IMG/VR virus record: IMGVR_UViG_3300044716_001642 | Coordinates: 1 to 64,000 of that record | Strand: one strand, 5' to 3' | DNA length: 64,000 bases | From: a virus | Part shown: piece after piece, positions 1 through 8,503 of the stretch | Position numbering within the stretch: the stretch's first letter is position 1 | How the letters are laid out: the number at the start of each line of letters is the position of its first letter | The notes under the pieces: generated by a model | What the model saw: the letters and a program-made list of their open reading frames with translations, nothing else | The model's database searches: none | Told to the model about the DNA's origin: nothing | Position numbers and translations under genes: made by a program

Positions 1-1
1 G

Positions 2-1033
2 TTGTCATATAGATCGAATTCTGCAATTTACGCCACTGCTCAAACGAATTTGCCCAACACGTTTAATACGAATCAAATACTCGATGTCTTTACTCAAATT
101 CCTGCTCTGCAAATTACACAAAGGGGGGCGGGTGAGGCTTTTAGAGTTGAAGATGAATCGTCAGATCCAACGCCTTTTATTATATCAAGCCATGGAAGGA
201 TTGGAATTGGGCAATATCCAGATGTATCCGGTGGTGCCGCTTTATCTATTGACGCTGGTGGAATAAAATTTAACGATGGATCTATACAGACTACTGCCGC
301 TACGGGTTATATTACAAATTCCCAGACTGGTGCATTTTACGCCGCTTCAAATCCAAGCGGCTATATTCGCAACACTCAGACTGGTGCATTTTACGCCGCT
401 TCAAATCCAAGCGGCTATATTCGCAACACTCAGACTGGTGCATTTTACGCCGCTTCAAATCCAAGTGGTTTCATTACTGGCATAAATCTTTCTAATTACG
501 TTACCACTTCGCAAACTGGAATTTTTGCAACAACTACGAGCCTTAACAACTTAGTTTCAATAACTGGAGCGCAAACCATCAGCGGGATTAAAACTTTTGC
601 ATCAAAGCCAACTGTTAATGGAACTCCAGTTTTAATTAGTGGTGAAGTTGCAAGTAGCATCAGTCGCGGAACCGCAAGTGTCACAACAACTTCTATTGCC
701 GCAAGCGGTACATTCAATACTGGTGTTGATTTTGGATGTAAATCTTACGGGCTTCTTTCTGTAAGTGGAGTTTCCGGAGCTTGGGTGAAACTCTATTACG
801 ATACAGCGAGTAGAACTAGCGATGCAACTCGTACTATAGATCAGGATCCATCTTCGAATGTTTCTTTAATAGCCGAATCTCTTTCTACTGGAAATGGTTT
901 AATAAGATTTGCTCCAGCAACTATTGGCTATAACGAAGGTACTAATAATTTAGTTCCAATTGCAATTACTAATACAAGAACAAGTGCGGCAACATATACC
1001 ATAGCATTTAACTTCTTAAAACTAGAAATATAA
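2..1033 (+). CDS. Tail fibre/virion structural protein, 5'-truncated by window edge
   Basis: Thr/Ser/Gly/Ala-rich ORF open from the window start; internal 18-aa repeats; fibre-like segment GAQTISGIKTFASKPTVNG; abuts the S8 protease gene. Confidence 0.55.
   Translation: MSYRSNSAIYATAQTNLPNTFNTNQILDVFTQIPALQITQRGAGEAFRVEDESSDPTPFIISSHGRIGIGQYPDVSGGAALSIDAGGIKFNDGSIQTTAATGYITNSQTGAFYAASNPSGYIRNTQTGAFYAASNPSGYIRNTQTGAFYAASNPSGFITGINLSNYVTTSQTGIFATTTSLNNLVSITGAQTISGIKTFASKPTVNGTPVLISGEVASSISRGTASVTTTSIAASGTFNTGVDFGCKSYGLLSVSGVSGAWVKLYYDTASRTSDATRTIDQDPSSNVSLIAESLSTGNGLIRFAPATIGYNEGTNNLVPIAITNTRTSAATYTIAFNFLKLEI
323..467 (+). repeat. 54-bp coding tandem repeat x3 (QTGAFYAASNPSG)
   Basis: CAGACTGGTGCATTTTACGCCGCTTCAAATCCAAG starts at 323, 377, 431. 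Confidence 0.95.
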
Positions 1034-2676
1034 TGGCTGAAGACCTAAAAGAATACATCATATCAGTTGAAAATAAAGACCAACTTGACACTCTCTATGA
1101 AAAAATGGAGTCCAAGGGCGGCAGTGAATTTATTCCTGATAGAAAAGTTGAAGTAGCTCATCGTAGACCAATGAGTAGAAATACTCATTATATGCTAACC
1201 CAAAGCGAGGCTGAAAATTTAAAAAATGAAATCGGCATTATTAATGTAGAGCTTTCGCCTAAAGACATAGGCGCACGCCCAAGACCGCATTGGATACAAA
1301 GATCTTCGGATTGGGATAGGTGCGGCAGTGGAAATACTAATGATATTAATTGGGGACTACTTAGATCAAGTTTAATTCAAAATATTGATTCCTGGGGCGC
1401 GTCTTTTTGTACGCCTGGTGATAAAGAAATTATTAGCTCTAGTGACGGTTTAAATGTAGATGTGGTTATTTCAGACGGAATGGTAAATCCAGCGCATCCA
1501 GAAATGGCATTAAATCCAAATGGTACTGGTGGCGCTAGAGTAGTACAATATAATTGGCTTAGGCATAGATTAGAAGTGGAGGGGACCGCTAATGGAACCT
1601 ATATTTATACTCCATATAACGATACGAATAATGCTGACCGAACTAGTGATAATAATCACGGCATGCACGTTGCTGGAACGGTTGCTGGCAATAGACAGGG
1701 CTGGGCAAAAAGAGCTAATATATACAATATTAATCCATATGAAACCGATATAAATAGTATAAATGATTTATTCCATTTTGATTACATAAGGGCTTTTCAT
1801 AGGGCAAAAACTGCAAATCCAGCAACTAGAGTAATCAATCCAACAGTTGTAAACGCTAGCTGGGGCTATTCATCAGCAGTAAACGTATCAAATATACAGC
1901 AAATTAGATTTCAGGGAACCACTTTTAATAGTCCATTCAATATTAGTCAATTATTTAGTCTGTACAATTTAGCAAATGACGAGGTTAGCGAAGTATATTT
2001 ACCATTTAGATACACAGCTTTAGAAATAGATATTCAAGATGCTATCAATGAGGGTATTATAATTGTCAGTTCCGCTGGAAATGACACCATGAAAATAGAC
2101 GTGTTAAATGGAACATCTTGGAATGATGAAGTTAAGGCTGGGAATGTGTGGTATCAATATCACAGGGGGTCAAGCCCAAGCGCTGATGCGAATGTAATAT
2201 GTGTTGGCGCTGTTGGTAATTATTCTCTAGATACAGAAACAAAAGCCTACTACAGCAACTACGGTCCTAGAATAAATGTCTGGGCACCGGGCAGTTCTAT
2301 TATAAGTTCTGTTCATACGAATGGAACAGCTGATCCAAGAAATAGCAATTTCTTATTGGATATATATAGCGGAACAAGTATGGCTTCACCCCAGGTATGC
2401 GGAGTAATTGCTTGTTTATTACAAAAATATCCAAGCCTTAAACAGGCGGATGTATTAAAATTTTTAAATGAAAAGTTGTCTATAATAGATGGCTTAAGCG
2501 ATGATGATTCAGATTTATATGGAATCATAGATGGAGCTACAACTAGATATTTATATAACTACCCGCATAAAAAATATACTGGACAAACAGTTCCTGATTT
2601 TAACTATAATTTAAGACAGAATAATCAAGTTAAATATCCTAGAACAAAAATCCACAGAAAAGTCATTAACACTTAA
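1033..2676 (+). CDS. S8 subtilisin-like serine peptidase with N-terminal pro-domain
   Basis: Triad motifs VVISDG, HGMHVAGTVAG, GTSMASPQV; oxyanion SAGND. Confidence 0.9.
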   Translation: MAEDLKEYIISVENKDQLDTLYEKMESKGGSEFIPDRKVEVAHRRPMSRNTHYMLTQSEAENLKNEIGIINVELSPKDIGARPRPHWIQRSSDWDRCGSGNTNDINWGLLRSSLIQNIDSWGASFCTPGDKEIISSSDGLNVDVVISDGMVNPAHPEMALNPNGTGGARVVQYNWLRHRLEVEGTANGTYIYTPYNDTNNADRTSDNNHGMHVAGTVAGNRQGWAKRANIYNINPYETDINSINDLFHFDYIRAFHRAKTANPATRVINPTVVNASWGYSSAVNVSNIQQIRFQGTTFNSPFNISQLFSLYNLANDEVSEVYLPFRYTALEIDIQDAINEGIIIVSSAGNDTMKIDVLNGTSWNDEVKAGNVWYQYHRGSSPSADANVICVGAVGNYSLDTETKAYYSNYGPRINVWAPGSSIISSVHTNGTADPRNSNFLLDIYSGTSMASPQVCGVIACLLQKYPSLKQADVLKFLNEKLSIIDGLSDDDSDLYGIIDGATTRYLYNYPHKKYTGQTVPDFNYNLRQNNQVKYPRTKIHRKVINT

Positions 2677-3164
2677 CCTGGCCCGTTTTATTTTTTGTAT
2701 TCTCGGCTTTTTCACTTTTTTCGCATCCCCGGCCCCGGCCTAACGGGCTTGAGCTATTTTTTATCAATTTTTATTCTATTTTTTTGAAAAATAACGGGTA
2801 CCCCTGGTGTCCTGCGGACGCGGTACTCTTCGAGTACGGGGATAGATGGGGTTTTATTATTTATTTATTATTTTTATTATTATTATTTTATATAGGGAAT
2901 ACAGAAAGACAGAAAGACAGAAAGACAGATATATGTATTTTGTATTGTATTTTGTTTTTTTGTTTTATTATTATTATATTGCATTGTTATGATCATTGCG
3001 TGATATTAATTTAATTTAATATATTTTGTTTGGGGAGACTGAATTTTAAGACCCCCGCACGCTTTTTGGGCCCATGGCTGCCTAAAATTCGAAAAATTGG
3101 GGGGGGTGTCAAGGGAAATCTTTCGAGCGTCGAAAATAAATTAAAAAAAATTCAAAAAAAATCC

Positions 3165-3192
3165 TTGCGCTCCTCCTATTCTGTGGTAGATT
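3165..3192 (+). promoter_or_regulatory. sigma70-like promoter, leaderless start
   Basis: TTGCGC-N16-TAGATT with extended TG; ATG 6 nt after the -10; A-tract upstream. Confidence 0.6.
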
Positions 3193-3198
3193 AGAAAC

Positions 3199-3402
3199 AT
3201 GAAAGACACCATCACCCTCAGCCTCGAAATTCCACAGCAAATCGTCATCGTTCGCGCCTTGATCAATCGGGTCGAAAAACTTTTCACTATTCGCCACGAC
3301 ATGAACGGAAAACTTGACAAGTGGACAGCAAACGAAATTCGCTCTGCAATTAAGCTGGTTCGCTTGGCAAGAAAAGCCCATGAGATGAAATTCTCCCTGT
3401 AA
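3199..3402 (+). CDS. Hypothetical early protein
   Basis: ORF directly after promoter. Confidence 0.7.
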   Translation: MKDTITLSLEIPQQIVIVRALINRVEKLFTIRHDMNGKLDKWTANEIRSAIKLVRLARKAHEMKFSL

Positions 3403-3410
3403 AATAATCC

Positions 3411-3438
3411 TTGCAATCAAATTCAATTCCACTATACT
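3411..3438 (+). promoter_or_regulatory. sigma70-like promoter, leaderless start
   Basis: TTGCAA-N16-TATACT then AAAACC-ATG. Confidence 0.65.
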
Positions 3439-3444
3439 AAAACC

Positions 3445-3804
3445 ATGATACCAATAAACACCATCCCCCTCCACGCTGTCACTCACCCGCAGCACTTCGT
3501 CAAATTCAGCGCAACGCGCATCTCAAACAGCCGTGGCACTCACGACTCTGGACAATTCCAGATTCACTCCTCGACTCGCTTGTTCCATGTGTTCGCCGTG
3601 AAACAGCCCGATGGCACTTTCATCGGCAACTACCACGGTACGGAAGAGACTCGCCTTGAACTGGTTAAGGAGAAGGCTAAAAAGCTCTCTTTCATCTGTG
3701 GTATGTATGGCATTGGCGGTCAATCACTTACCTGTGATGATGGAGTCAAGCTGGAAGATGGCTCTTTCCTCTACAACGGCAGCTACGACTGCTGGAGCGA
3801 CTAG
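3445..3804 (+). CDS. Hypothetical early protein
   Basis: ORF directly after promoter. Confidence 0.7.
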   Translation: MIPINTIPLHAVTHPQHFVKFSATRISNSRGTHDSGQFQIHSSTRLFHVFAVKQPDGTFIGNYHGTEETRLELVKEKAKKLSFICGMYGIGGQSLTCDDGVKLEDGSFLYNGSYDCWSD

Positions 3805-3806
3805 GC

Positions 3807-3857
3807 CTGGCATAGGTCTTGCTATGCGTGTCAGGGAAACTTGGCACGCTTTTTGCT
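3807..3857 (+). promoter_or_regulatory. Two sigma54-like -24/-12 boxes
   Basis: CTGGCATAGGTCTTGCT (3807) and TTGGCACGCTTTTTGCT (3841), both GG-N10-GC. Confidence 0.6.
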
Positions 3858-3876
3858 ATCCAGAAGCCAATCGGCG

Positions 3877-3943
3877 TAACTCCTTCAGTATCAACCACTT
3901 AGGGGCCCCTCGGGCCCGTAAGGCATTGCTGTTCAACACTTTA
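3877..3943 (+). repeat. 67-bp bipartite palindromic element, copy 1
   Basis: 25-bp arm / G-GGGCCCCTCGGGCCC-G / 25-bp arm. Confidence 0.9.
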
Positions 3944-3946
3944 CAC

Positions 3947-4029
3947 TTGGCGCGCTTCTTGAATACCTACTCACCGGGCCTGGCACGCTTCTTGATTGGC
4001 GCGTTACCTGGCCTGGCATGACGCCTGCT
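3947..4029 (+). promoter_or_regulatory. Three sigma54-like boxes at 33-bp period
   Basis: GG at 3949, 3982, 4015; first two end TTGA, last ends CTGC. Confidence 0.6.
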
Positions 4030-4104
4030 TACATCCCAAAAAAATAATTCAAAAAAAATAGAAATAATTCTTGCCTTCTTTGTGATCTGTGGTATCTTAA
4101 AAAC

Positions 4105-4437
4105 ATGACAACGAACAACACCACCGCAGTAAACCCGAACGAAATCCCAGCCTCCACGACCCTCGTGAAGTTTACCTATGCCAAACCGCTTAAAGGCGGC
4201 GGCGTGAGTGTAACCCAGCGCGTCATCCGCATGGGGCGCGAGGTCATCCTGCCACTTCTCGCAGGCGGCTCGACTTGGGGCAAGAGCAACAACGGAAACC
4301 GCTTTGTGGCTCTCTATAAGAAGGACACAGAACAACGCCGCGAATACCTGCAAGGGGTTGAGGAGCAGGAGGATGGACGCCTCAAGATCAAGCGTTTCGA
4401 CTTCGGCTACATCAGCGATCTCCAAGTGCTGGCGTAA
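4105..4437 (+). CDS. Hypothetical early protein, paralog of 9363..9662
   Basis: Shared LAGGS/T-WGK, YLQGV and KRF motifs; promoter TTGCCT-N16-TATCTT 6 nt before ATG. Confidence 0.75.
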   Translation: MTTNNTTAVNPNEIPASTTLVKFTYAKPLKGGGVSVTQRVIRMGREVILPLLAGGSTWGKSNNGNRFVALYKKDTEQRREYLQGVEEQEDGRLKIKRFDFGYISDLQVLA

Positions 4438-4459
4438 GCCAGCCGAAATGAGCGACTTA
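4435..4459. repeat. Isolated single 25-bp arm of the element
   Basis: TAAGCCAGCCGAAATGAGCGACTTA; its TAA is the stop codon of 4105..4437. Confidence 0.5.
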
Positions 4460-4523
4460 TGCTAATCTTTACAGCAGGAATAATCATCGGAATAATCTTA
4501 ATTAAAAACTCTTAATAAATACT

Positions 4524-4727
4524 ATGAAATCTATACTTAAAGCCAAAGTTCCACCCACAGTTAAACTCGGAAGCTGCACATTAGCAGGAATTTGTAGCCT
4601 TTACGAAACCCATAAGCAAAATATTCTCTGGGCATATAATAAAATGCTGGAAAGCGAAGGATATCAACCAGTTAGGCGTATGCCAGTTGGCACAAAATAC
4701 CAGTTTGTGGCTGGGTTTGGCTTCTGA
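4524..4727 (+). CDS. Hypothetical protein
   Basis: ATG ORF, 67 aa. Confidence 0.55.
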   Translation: MKSILKAKVPPTVKLGSCTLAGICSLYETHKQNILWAYNKMLESEGYQPVRRMPVGTKYQFVAGFGF

Positions 4728-4738
4728 TAAATAACCCG

Positions 4739-4805
4739 TAAGTCGCTGAGTATCAACGACTTAGGGGCCCCTCGGGCCCGTAAATCATTGTCAATCAACG
4801 GGTTA
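4739..4805 (+). repeat. 67-bp element, copy 2
   Basis: TAAGTCGCTGAGTATCAACGACTTA-G-GGGCCCCTCGGGCCC-G-TAAATCATTGTCAATCAACGGGTTA. Confidence 0.95.
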
Positions 4806-4809
4806 CAAC

Positions 4810-4859
4810 TTGGCACGGAAATTGAATACTAGAAACGAGGGCCTGGCATGGCGTTTGCT
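4810..4859 (+). promoter_or_regulatory. Two sigma54-like boxes, 33 bp apart
   Basis: TTGGCACGGAAATTGAAT; CTGGCATGGCGTTTGCT. Confidence 0.6.
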
Positions 4860-4936
4860 TGCGGAGAAAAATAAAAATGAAAAAAAAATCGAAAAAATAT
4901 CTGGACAAAATTAGAGTTTTAGACTACATTAAAACC

Positions 4937-5092
4937 ATGAAGCAAGAAATGGTATCCAGATACGAGTGGGCAAAAGCAAGATTTGAAAATGGCTTGATCT
5001 CTCAAGATGAATGGTTCAAACTCTGCTTTGAAATCCTTGGTGAAATCATGGAGGAGAATAAAGATGTCCTCATCCGCCTCAAGAATCGCTGA
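4937..5092 (+). CDS. Hypothetical early protein (start revised to 4937)
   Basis: TGGACA-N17-TACATT-AAAACC-ATG. Confidence 0.65.
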   Translation: MKQEMVSRYEWAKARFENGLISQDEWFKLCFEILGEIMEENKDVLIRLKNR

Positions 5093-5135
5093 AATAATCC
5101 TTGCAATAAAAATCTCAACCAATACAATTAAAACC

Positions 5136-5255
5136 ATGAAAGCAATAAACGCCATCGAAAAACTCATCCCCTACTTGTTCGCCTCTGTCTTCGCCCTTGC
5201 CATGTTCAATCTTTTCTTTGCATTCGCTGAATATGTCGAACGCCACGGGCTTTAA
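5136..5255 (+). CDS. Small membrane protein (start revised to 5136)
   Basis: TTGCAA-N16-TACAAT promoter; hydrophobic IPYLFASVFALAMFNLFFAFA. Confidence 0.55.
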   Translation: MKAINAIEKLIPYLFASVFALAMFNLFFAFAEYVERHGL

Positions 5256-5300
5256 TCTCTCAATCACCAACCAACAAAAAACAAAAAACAAAAAAACACC

Positions 5301-5483
5301 ATGACAAAAAAACACTTCACAGAAATTGCAAAGAGCATCAATCTTCAATACGCGCAAGCTGCTACAACCCAAGAGCTTAAATTGATTGAAAACATTGTGG
5401 ATGATCTCTGCTCTACCTTCAAAAATCTCAACAACTTGTTCGACAAGAATCGTTTCAAACAAGCCTGTGGAATAGAAAAATAA
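5301..5483 (+). CDS. Hypothetical protein
   Basis: ATG after C/A-rich leader; MTKKHF-type phage small ORF. Confidence 0.65.
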   Translation: MTKKHFTEIAKSINLQYAQAATTQELKLIENIVDDLCSTFKNLNNLFDKNRFKQACGIEK

Positions 5484-5489
5484 AGCGCG

Positions 5490-5556
5490 CAAACCCCTGA
5501 GTATCAACGACTTAGGGGCCCGTCGGGCCCGCAAGTCCTTACACCTCAACGCTTTA
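5490..5556 (+). repeat. 67-bp element, copy 3
   Basis: Core GGGCCCGTCGGGCCC flanked by 25-bp arms. Confidence 0.9.
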
Positions 5557-5560
5557 CAAC

Positions 5561-5610
5561 TTGGCACACTTTTTGAATACCAGAAACGAGGGCCTGGCAT
5601 GTTCCATGCT
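5561..5610 (+). promoter_or_regulatory. Two sigma54-like boxes, 33 bp apart
   Basis: TTGGCACACTTTTTGAAT; CTGGCATGTTCCATGCT. Confidence 0.55.
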
Positions 5611-5675
5611 TGTGCCTGAAAAATAAATTAAAAAAATATCTGGACAAAAACGAGAGAATCGACTACCCTAAAACC

Positions 5676-5882
5676 ATGAAAAAATACCTCAACCAAGACG
5701 AACTGATCGACCGCCTCTCTGACTATGCAGGGGAAAACCTCTACAACAAATATGACCGCTTCATGGAGCAAGCTGGCGGCAATGTCTGGCTCGCTGAAAG
5801 CCTCGCGCAAGAGGACGCAATCCTAAAGCGTATCGCCCGCGAACAGGCAAGAGAGCTGAAGGAAACTGAACGCTTCGACTAA
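5676..5882 (+). CDS. Hypothetical early protein (start revised to 5676)
   Basis: TGGACA-N17-TACCCT-AAAACC-ATG. Confidence 0.65.
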   Translation: MKKYLNQDELIDRLSDYAGENLYNKYDRFMEQAGGNVWLAESLAQEDAILKRIAREQARELKETERFD

Positions 5883-5945
5883 AAATAATCCTTGACGCGC
5901 TCGCCACTAACCACTAAACTAAAAACTCAATCAAATAACCTCACC

Positions 5946-6446
5946 ATGAAATTCACTAAAAAAACAGACCCTCTAAACTTCATCCAAGCAAAAGCTGTCC
6001 TTCAAAAGATCGAAGATCAAAAGCCCTACTTCTCTCTGACTGGGCGCATTGTTGAAAATGGGCGCGAATCTGTGAGCGGCGCAATTCACGATGAAATTCT
6101 TGCCGCCTTTCCAGAACTCGATGACCTTGTTGCCATGCACCTTTCCGACATTGACGGCAGACCCATGAACTCTTTTGAAAATGGCAAATACTGGGCAGGA
6201 TTTACAAAATGGGAAAACGGCAACGCTGAAATTCTCGCAAATCATTTTAGGATTGGAAAACAAAGATCGCAAGACCTTATGTATGAGACTCTTGTTGATA
6301 AATGCAATGACATTAAAGCTGATACTGGCGAGGATGTTCTTCCAGAAACTCTCTTCAAAGAGTTCCACGATAGGCAGTTAAGAAGATGGAAACAAGAGGC
6401 TGATAATGTCATTAAAAAATACTCTCTCGAAATCGTTGCAGATTAA
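5946..6446 (+). CDS. Hypothetical early protein (start revised to 5946)
   Basis: ACC-ATG start; globular composition; promoter upstream. Confidence 0.7.
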   Translation: MKFTKKTDPLNFIQAKAVLQKIEDQKPYFSLTGRIVENGRESVSGAIHDEILAAFPELDDLVAMHLSDIDGRPMNSFENGKYWAGFTKWENGNAEILANHFRIGKQRSQDLMYETLVDKCNDIKADTGEDVLPETLFKEFHDRQLRRWKQEADNVIKKYSLEIVAD

Positions 6447-6544
6447 CAGATTAAGGAGAATATAAAAATGGAAATCACTCTACTTCTCGGCTTGGCTCTT
6501 GGCGTCTTTCTTGTGGCAAATAATTAAATTAAAAACAAAATAAA

Positions 6545-6754
6545 ATGAAAAACAAAATCATCCTCATCTCATTCTCTCTCAACCTCTTACTGGCAATGAC
6601 TTCCTGCTCATTCTATACTCTTGCCACAATTAAACAAAACGAGAATGATCAAGTAAAAAAAGCCGCTACGCAAGTCTTTGACTTTCCAGAGATTAAGAGC
6701 GAAGAAACGCCAAAAACCCTGCCAAAGAAAAAACAGAAAGCGCGCCAATCTTAA
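6545..6754 (+). CDS. Hypothetical protein with signal peptide/TM
   Basis: Hydrophobic N-terminus IILISFSLNLLLAM. Confidence 0.55.
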   Translation: MKNKIILISFSLNLLLAMTSCSFYTLATIKQNENDQVKKAATQVFDFPEIKSEETPKTLPKKKQKARQS

Positions 6755-6764
6755 ACGGCACGCG

Positions 6765-6831
6765 TAAGTCCCTGAGTCTCAACGACTTAGGGGCCCCTCG
6801 GGCCCGCAAGTGATTGGTAATCAACAAGTTA
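6765..6831 (+). repeat. 67-bp element, copy 4
   Basis: Same architecture as copy 2. Confidence 0.95.
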
Positions 6832-6835
6832 CAAG

Positions 6836-6885
6836 TTGGCACGCTTCTTGAATACTCCGATTCGAGGCCTGGCACGGCGTCTGCT
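6836..6885 (+). promoter_or_regulatory. Two sigma54-like boxes, 33 bp apart
   Basis: TTGGCACGCTTCTTGAAT; CTGGCACGGCGTCTGCT. Confidence 0.6.
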
Positions 6886-6949
6886 TACATGGCAAAAATA
6901 AATTAAAAAATATCTTGCACTTTTTTGGGACTTGGAGTATCTTTTAACC

Positions 6950-7246
6950 ATGAACACGACCACCACCACCACCGACAACGAAATCATCAGCCTCGCCAGC
7001 GTGACTTGCGAGGAACTTGACGATACTTACTTTCAATTCGCCGACGGACTACGCGAAGAACAGGAAAGCGAGCAATACGATTCTTACCAAATCGACGACG
7101 ACAACGACGACGATCATCACGGCTTCAACCGCGAACCCCGCGAGGACAACTTCCGTGATGATGTGGACGCGGACGCAAACGCCTTGGCTGGAGCCGGTTA
7201 CGGCACGGACGAGGATTACGGATACTTCGGGGGCGACGAGTGGTGA
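6950..7246 (+). CDS. Highly acidic hypothetical protein (start revised to 6950)
   Basis: TTGCAC-N17-TATCTT 6 nt before ATG; D/E-rich. Confidence 0.7.
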   Translation: MNTTTTTTDNEIISLASVTCEELDDTYFQFADGLREEQESEQYDSYQIDDDNDDDHHGFNREPREDNFRDDVDADANALAGAGYGTDEDYGYFGGDEW

Positions 7247-7249
7247 GCG

Positions 7250-7316
7250 TAAACCCCTGAGTCTCAACGACTTAGGGGCCCCTCGGGCCCGCAAGTGGTT
7301 GGCGTTCAACGCTTTA
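7250..7316 (+). repeat. 67-bp element, copy 5
   Basis: Same architecture. Confidence 0.95.
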
Positions 7317-7319
7317 CGA

Positions 7320-7369
7320 TTGGCACGATTCTTGAATACCTCAAATTGCAACTTGGCACGCCACCTGCT
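7320..7369 (+). promoter_or_regulatory. Two sigma54-like boxes, 33 bp apart
   Basis: TTGGCACGATTCTTGAAT; TTGGCACGCCACCTGCT. Confidence 0.6.
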
Positions 7370-7444
7370 TACAGGGAAAAATAAAAATAAATAAAAATTA
7401 AAAATAATTCTGGACATTAAGAAACCTTGTGATACCTTAAATCC

Positions 7445-7684
7445 ATGACAACAACACCAACCACCACGAAAGCAATGAAGAAAAAGACAACAAACCGCTG
7501 GAGGCTGTCTATAACTTACCCGTCTGGGCATGGCATAGCCGAAACATTCGCAGTTGGCGCAACTAAACAGCAAACTCTGTATAGATGGTTTCTGCAATTT
7601 TATTGTGGCAGTGTTCCATCTGGCGCTCGCATCCCTAAAAATGCAATCTCTATCACTTGGATGAAAATTTTTCCTTCAAAATAA
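7445..7684 (+). CDS. Hypothetical early protein
   Basis: TGGACA-N16-TACCTT 6 nt before ATG. Confidence 0.65.
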   Translation: MTTTPTTTKAMKKKTTNRWRLSITYPSGHGIAETFAVGATKQQTLYRWFLQFYCGSVPSGARIPKNAISITWMKIFPSK

Positions 7685-7729
7685 TCCTTGACACCATCAA
7701 CTTTAACCATTAAATTAAAAACTCAAAAC

Positions 7730-8230
7730 ATGAATACAACAAACACCCAAACCCAAAACTCCAACCTCATCATCTCGCTCTACGGCTCTGAAATTGCCGT
7801 TGGCATCGAAGGAACACGCGAGGAAATCAACCAGCAATTCAACCGCTTTTTCAACATGGGAGGGGCAGCACCAAACTGCACTGCCGCTTTCTGCTCTGAA
7901 GACTCTGACGCTGGCGACAATTACATTCACTTCTTGAGCGACCGCTTCGCTTACTTCCTCTCTGACGAAGAGGCAATGATTAAAGCCCTTGAGACTGAAC
8001 AACTTATGATTGCAAACTCCAAACCCAATCCCGAACATAAAGGCAAGAAAGACGGCATTCTTAATGAGGTAAAAACTTTAGCCAAAGATCTTTACAAAAG
8101 TATCAAGCGCGAGAACTTCATGCTTTACAAAACCTCGGAACAGGTTGCGTTCAAGAAACTTGACGGCGGCGCACCTTCGCTGGATATGTCATCGCTCAAC
8201 TTCTTCTCGACTCACGCCCATGTGAGTTGA
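7730..8230 (+). CDS. Hypothetical early protein (start revised to 7730)
   Basis: ATG after A/C-rich leader and TTGACA promoter. Confidence 0.7.
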   Translation: MNTTNTQTQNSNLIISLYGSEIAVGIEGTREEINQQFNRFFNMGGAAPNCTAAFCSEDSDAGDNYIHFLSDRFAYFLSDEEAMIKALETEQLMIANSKPNPEHKGKKDGILNEVKTLAKDLYKSIKRENFMLYKTSEQVAFKKLDGGAPSLDMSSLNFFSTHAHVS

Positions 8231-8241
8231 GGAAATCCCCT

Positions 8242-8308
8242 TAAGTTGCTGAATATCAACGACTTAGGGGCCCCTCGGGCCCGCAAGGCCTTGCTACTCA
8301 ACGCTTTA
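8242..8308 (+). repeat. 67-bp element, copy 6
   Basis: Same architecture. Confidence 0.95.
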
Positions 8309-8312
8309 CAAC

Positions 8313-8396
8313 TTGGCACGAGAATTGAATAGCCCGATCTAAAACTTGGCACGCTTTTTGAATATCTCAATCAGAGGCCTGGCACGCTTCTTGAAT
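8313..8396 (+). promoter_or_regulatory. Three sigma54-like boxes (all TTGAAT variant) at 33-bp period
   Basis: GG at 8315, 8348, 8381. Confidence 0.55.
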
Positions 8397-8503
8397 AGCT
8401 GTGAGAGGGTTAAAAATAAAAATGAAAAAAAATAAAAAAAATCCCTTGCCTATTCTGTCAAATAAGACTATTCTCTTTCTTGTAATCAACACCACCAAAC
8501 ACC

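Noticed and set aside
5115-5600. ORFs such as 5115..5600, 6693..6875, 7017..7394, 9655..9837 and the N-terminal extension of 20281..21363
   Set aside because: Their shared peptides (LRARRAPKSL, LGAPRARK) are translations of the non-coding 67-bp element; they overlap better-supported genes.
3439-7450. ACC-ATG as a eukaryotic Kozak context (giant eukaryotic virus)
   Set aside because: Bacterial -35/-10 promoters, intrinsic terminators, overlapping operons and rIIA/rIIB indicate a bacteriophage.
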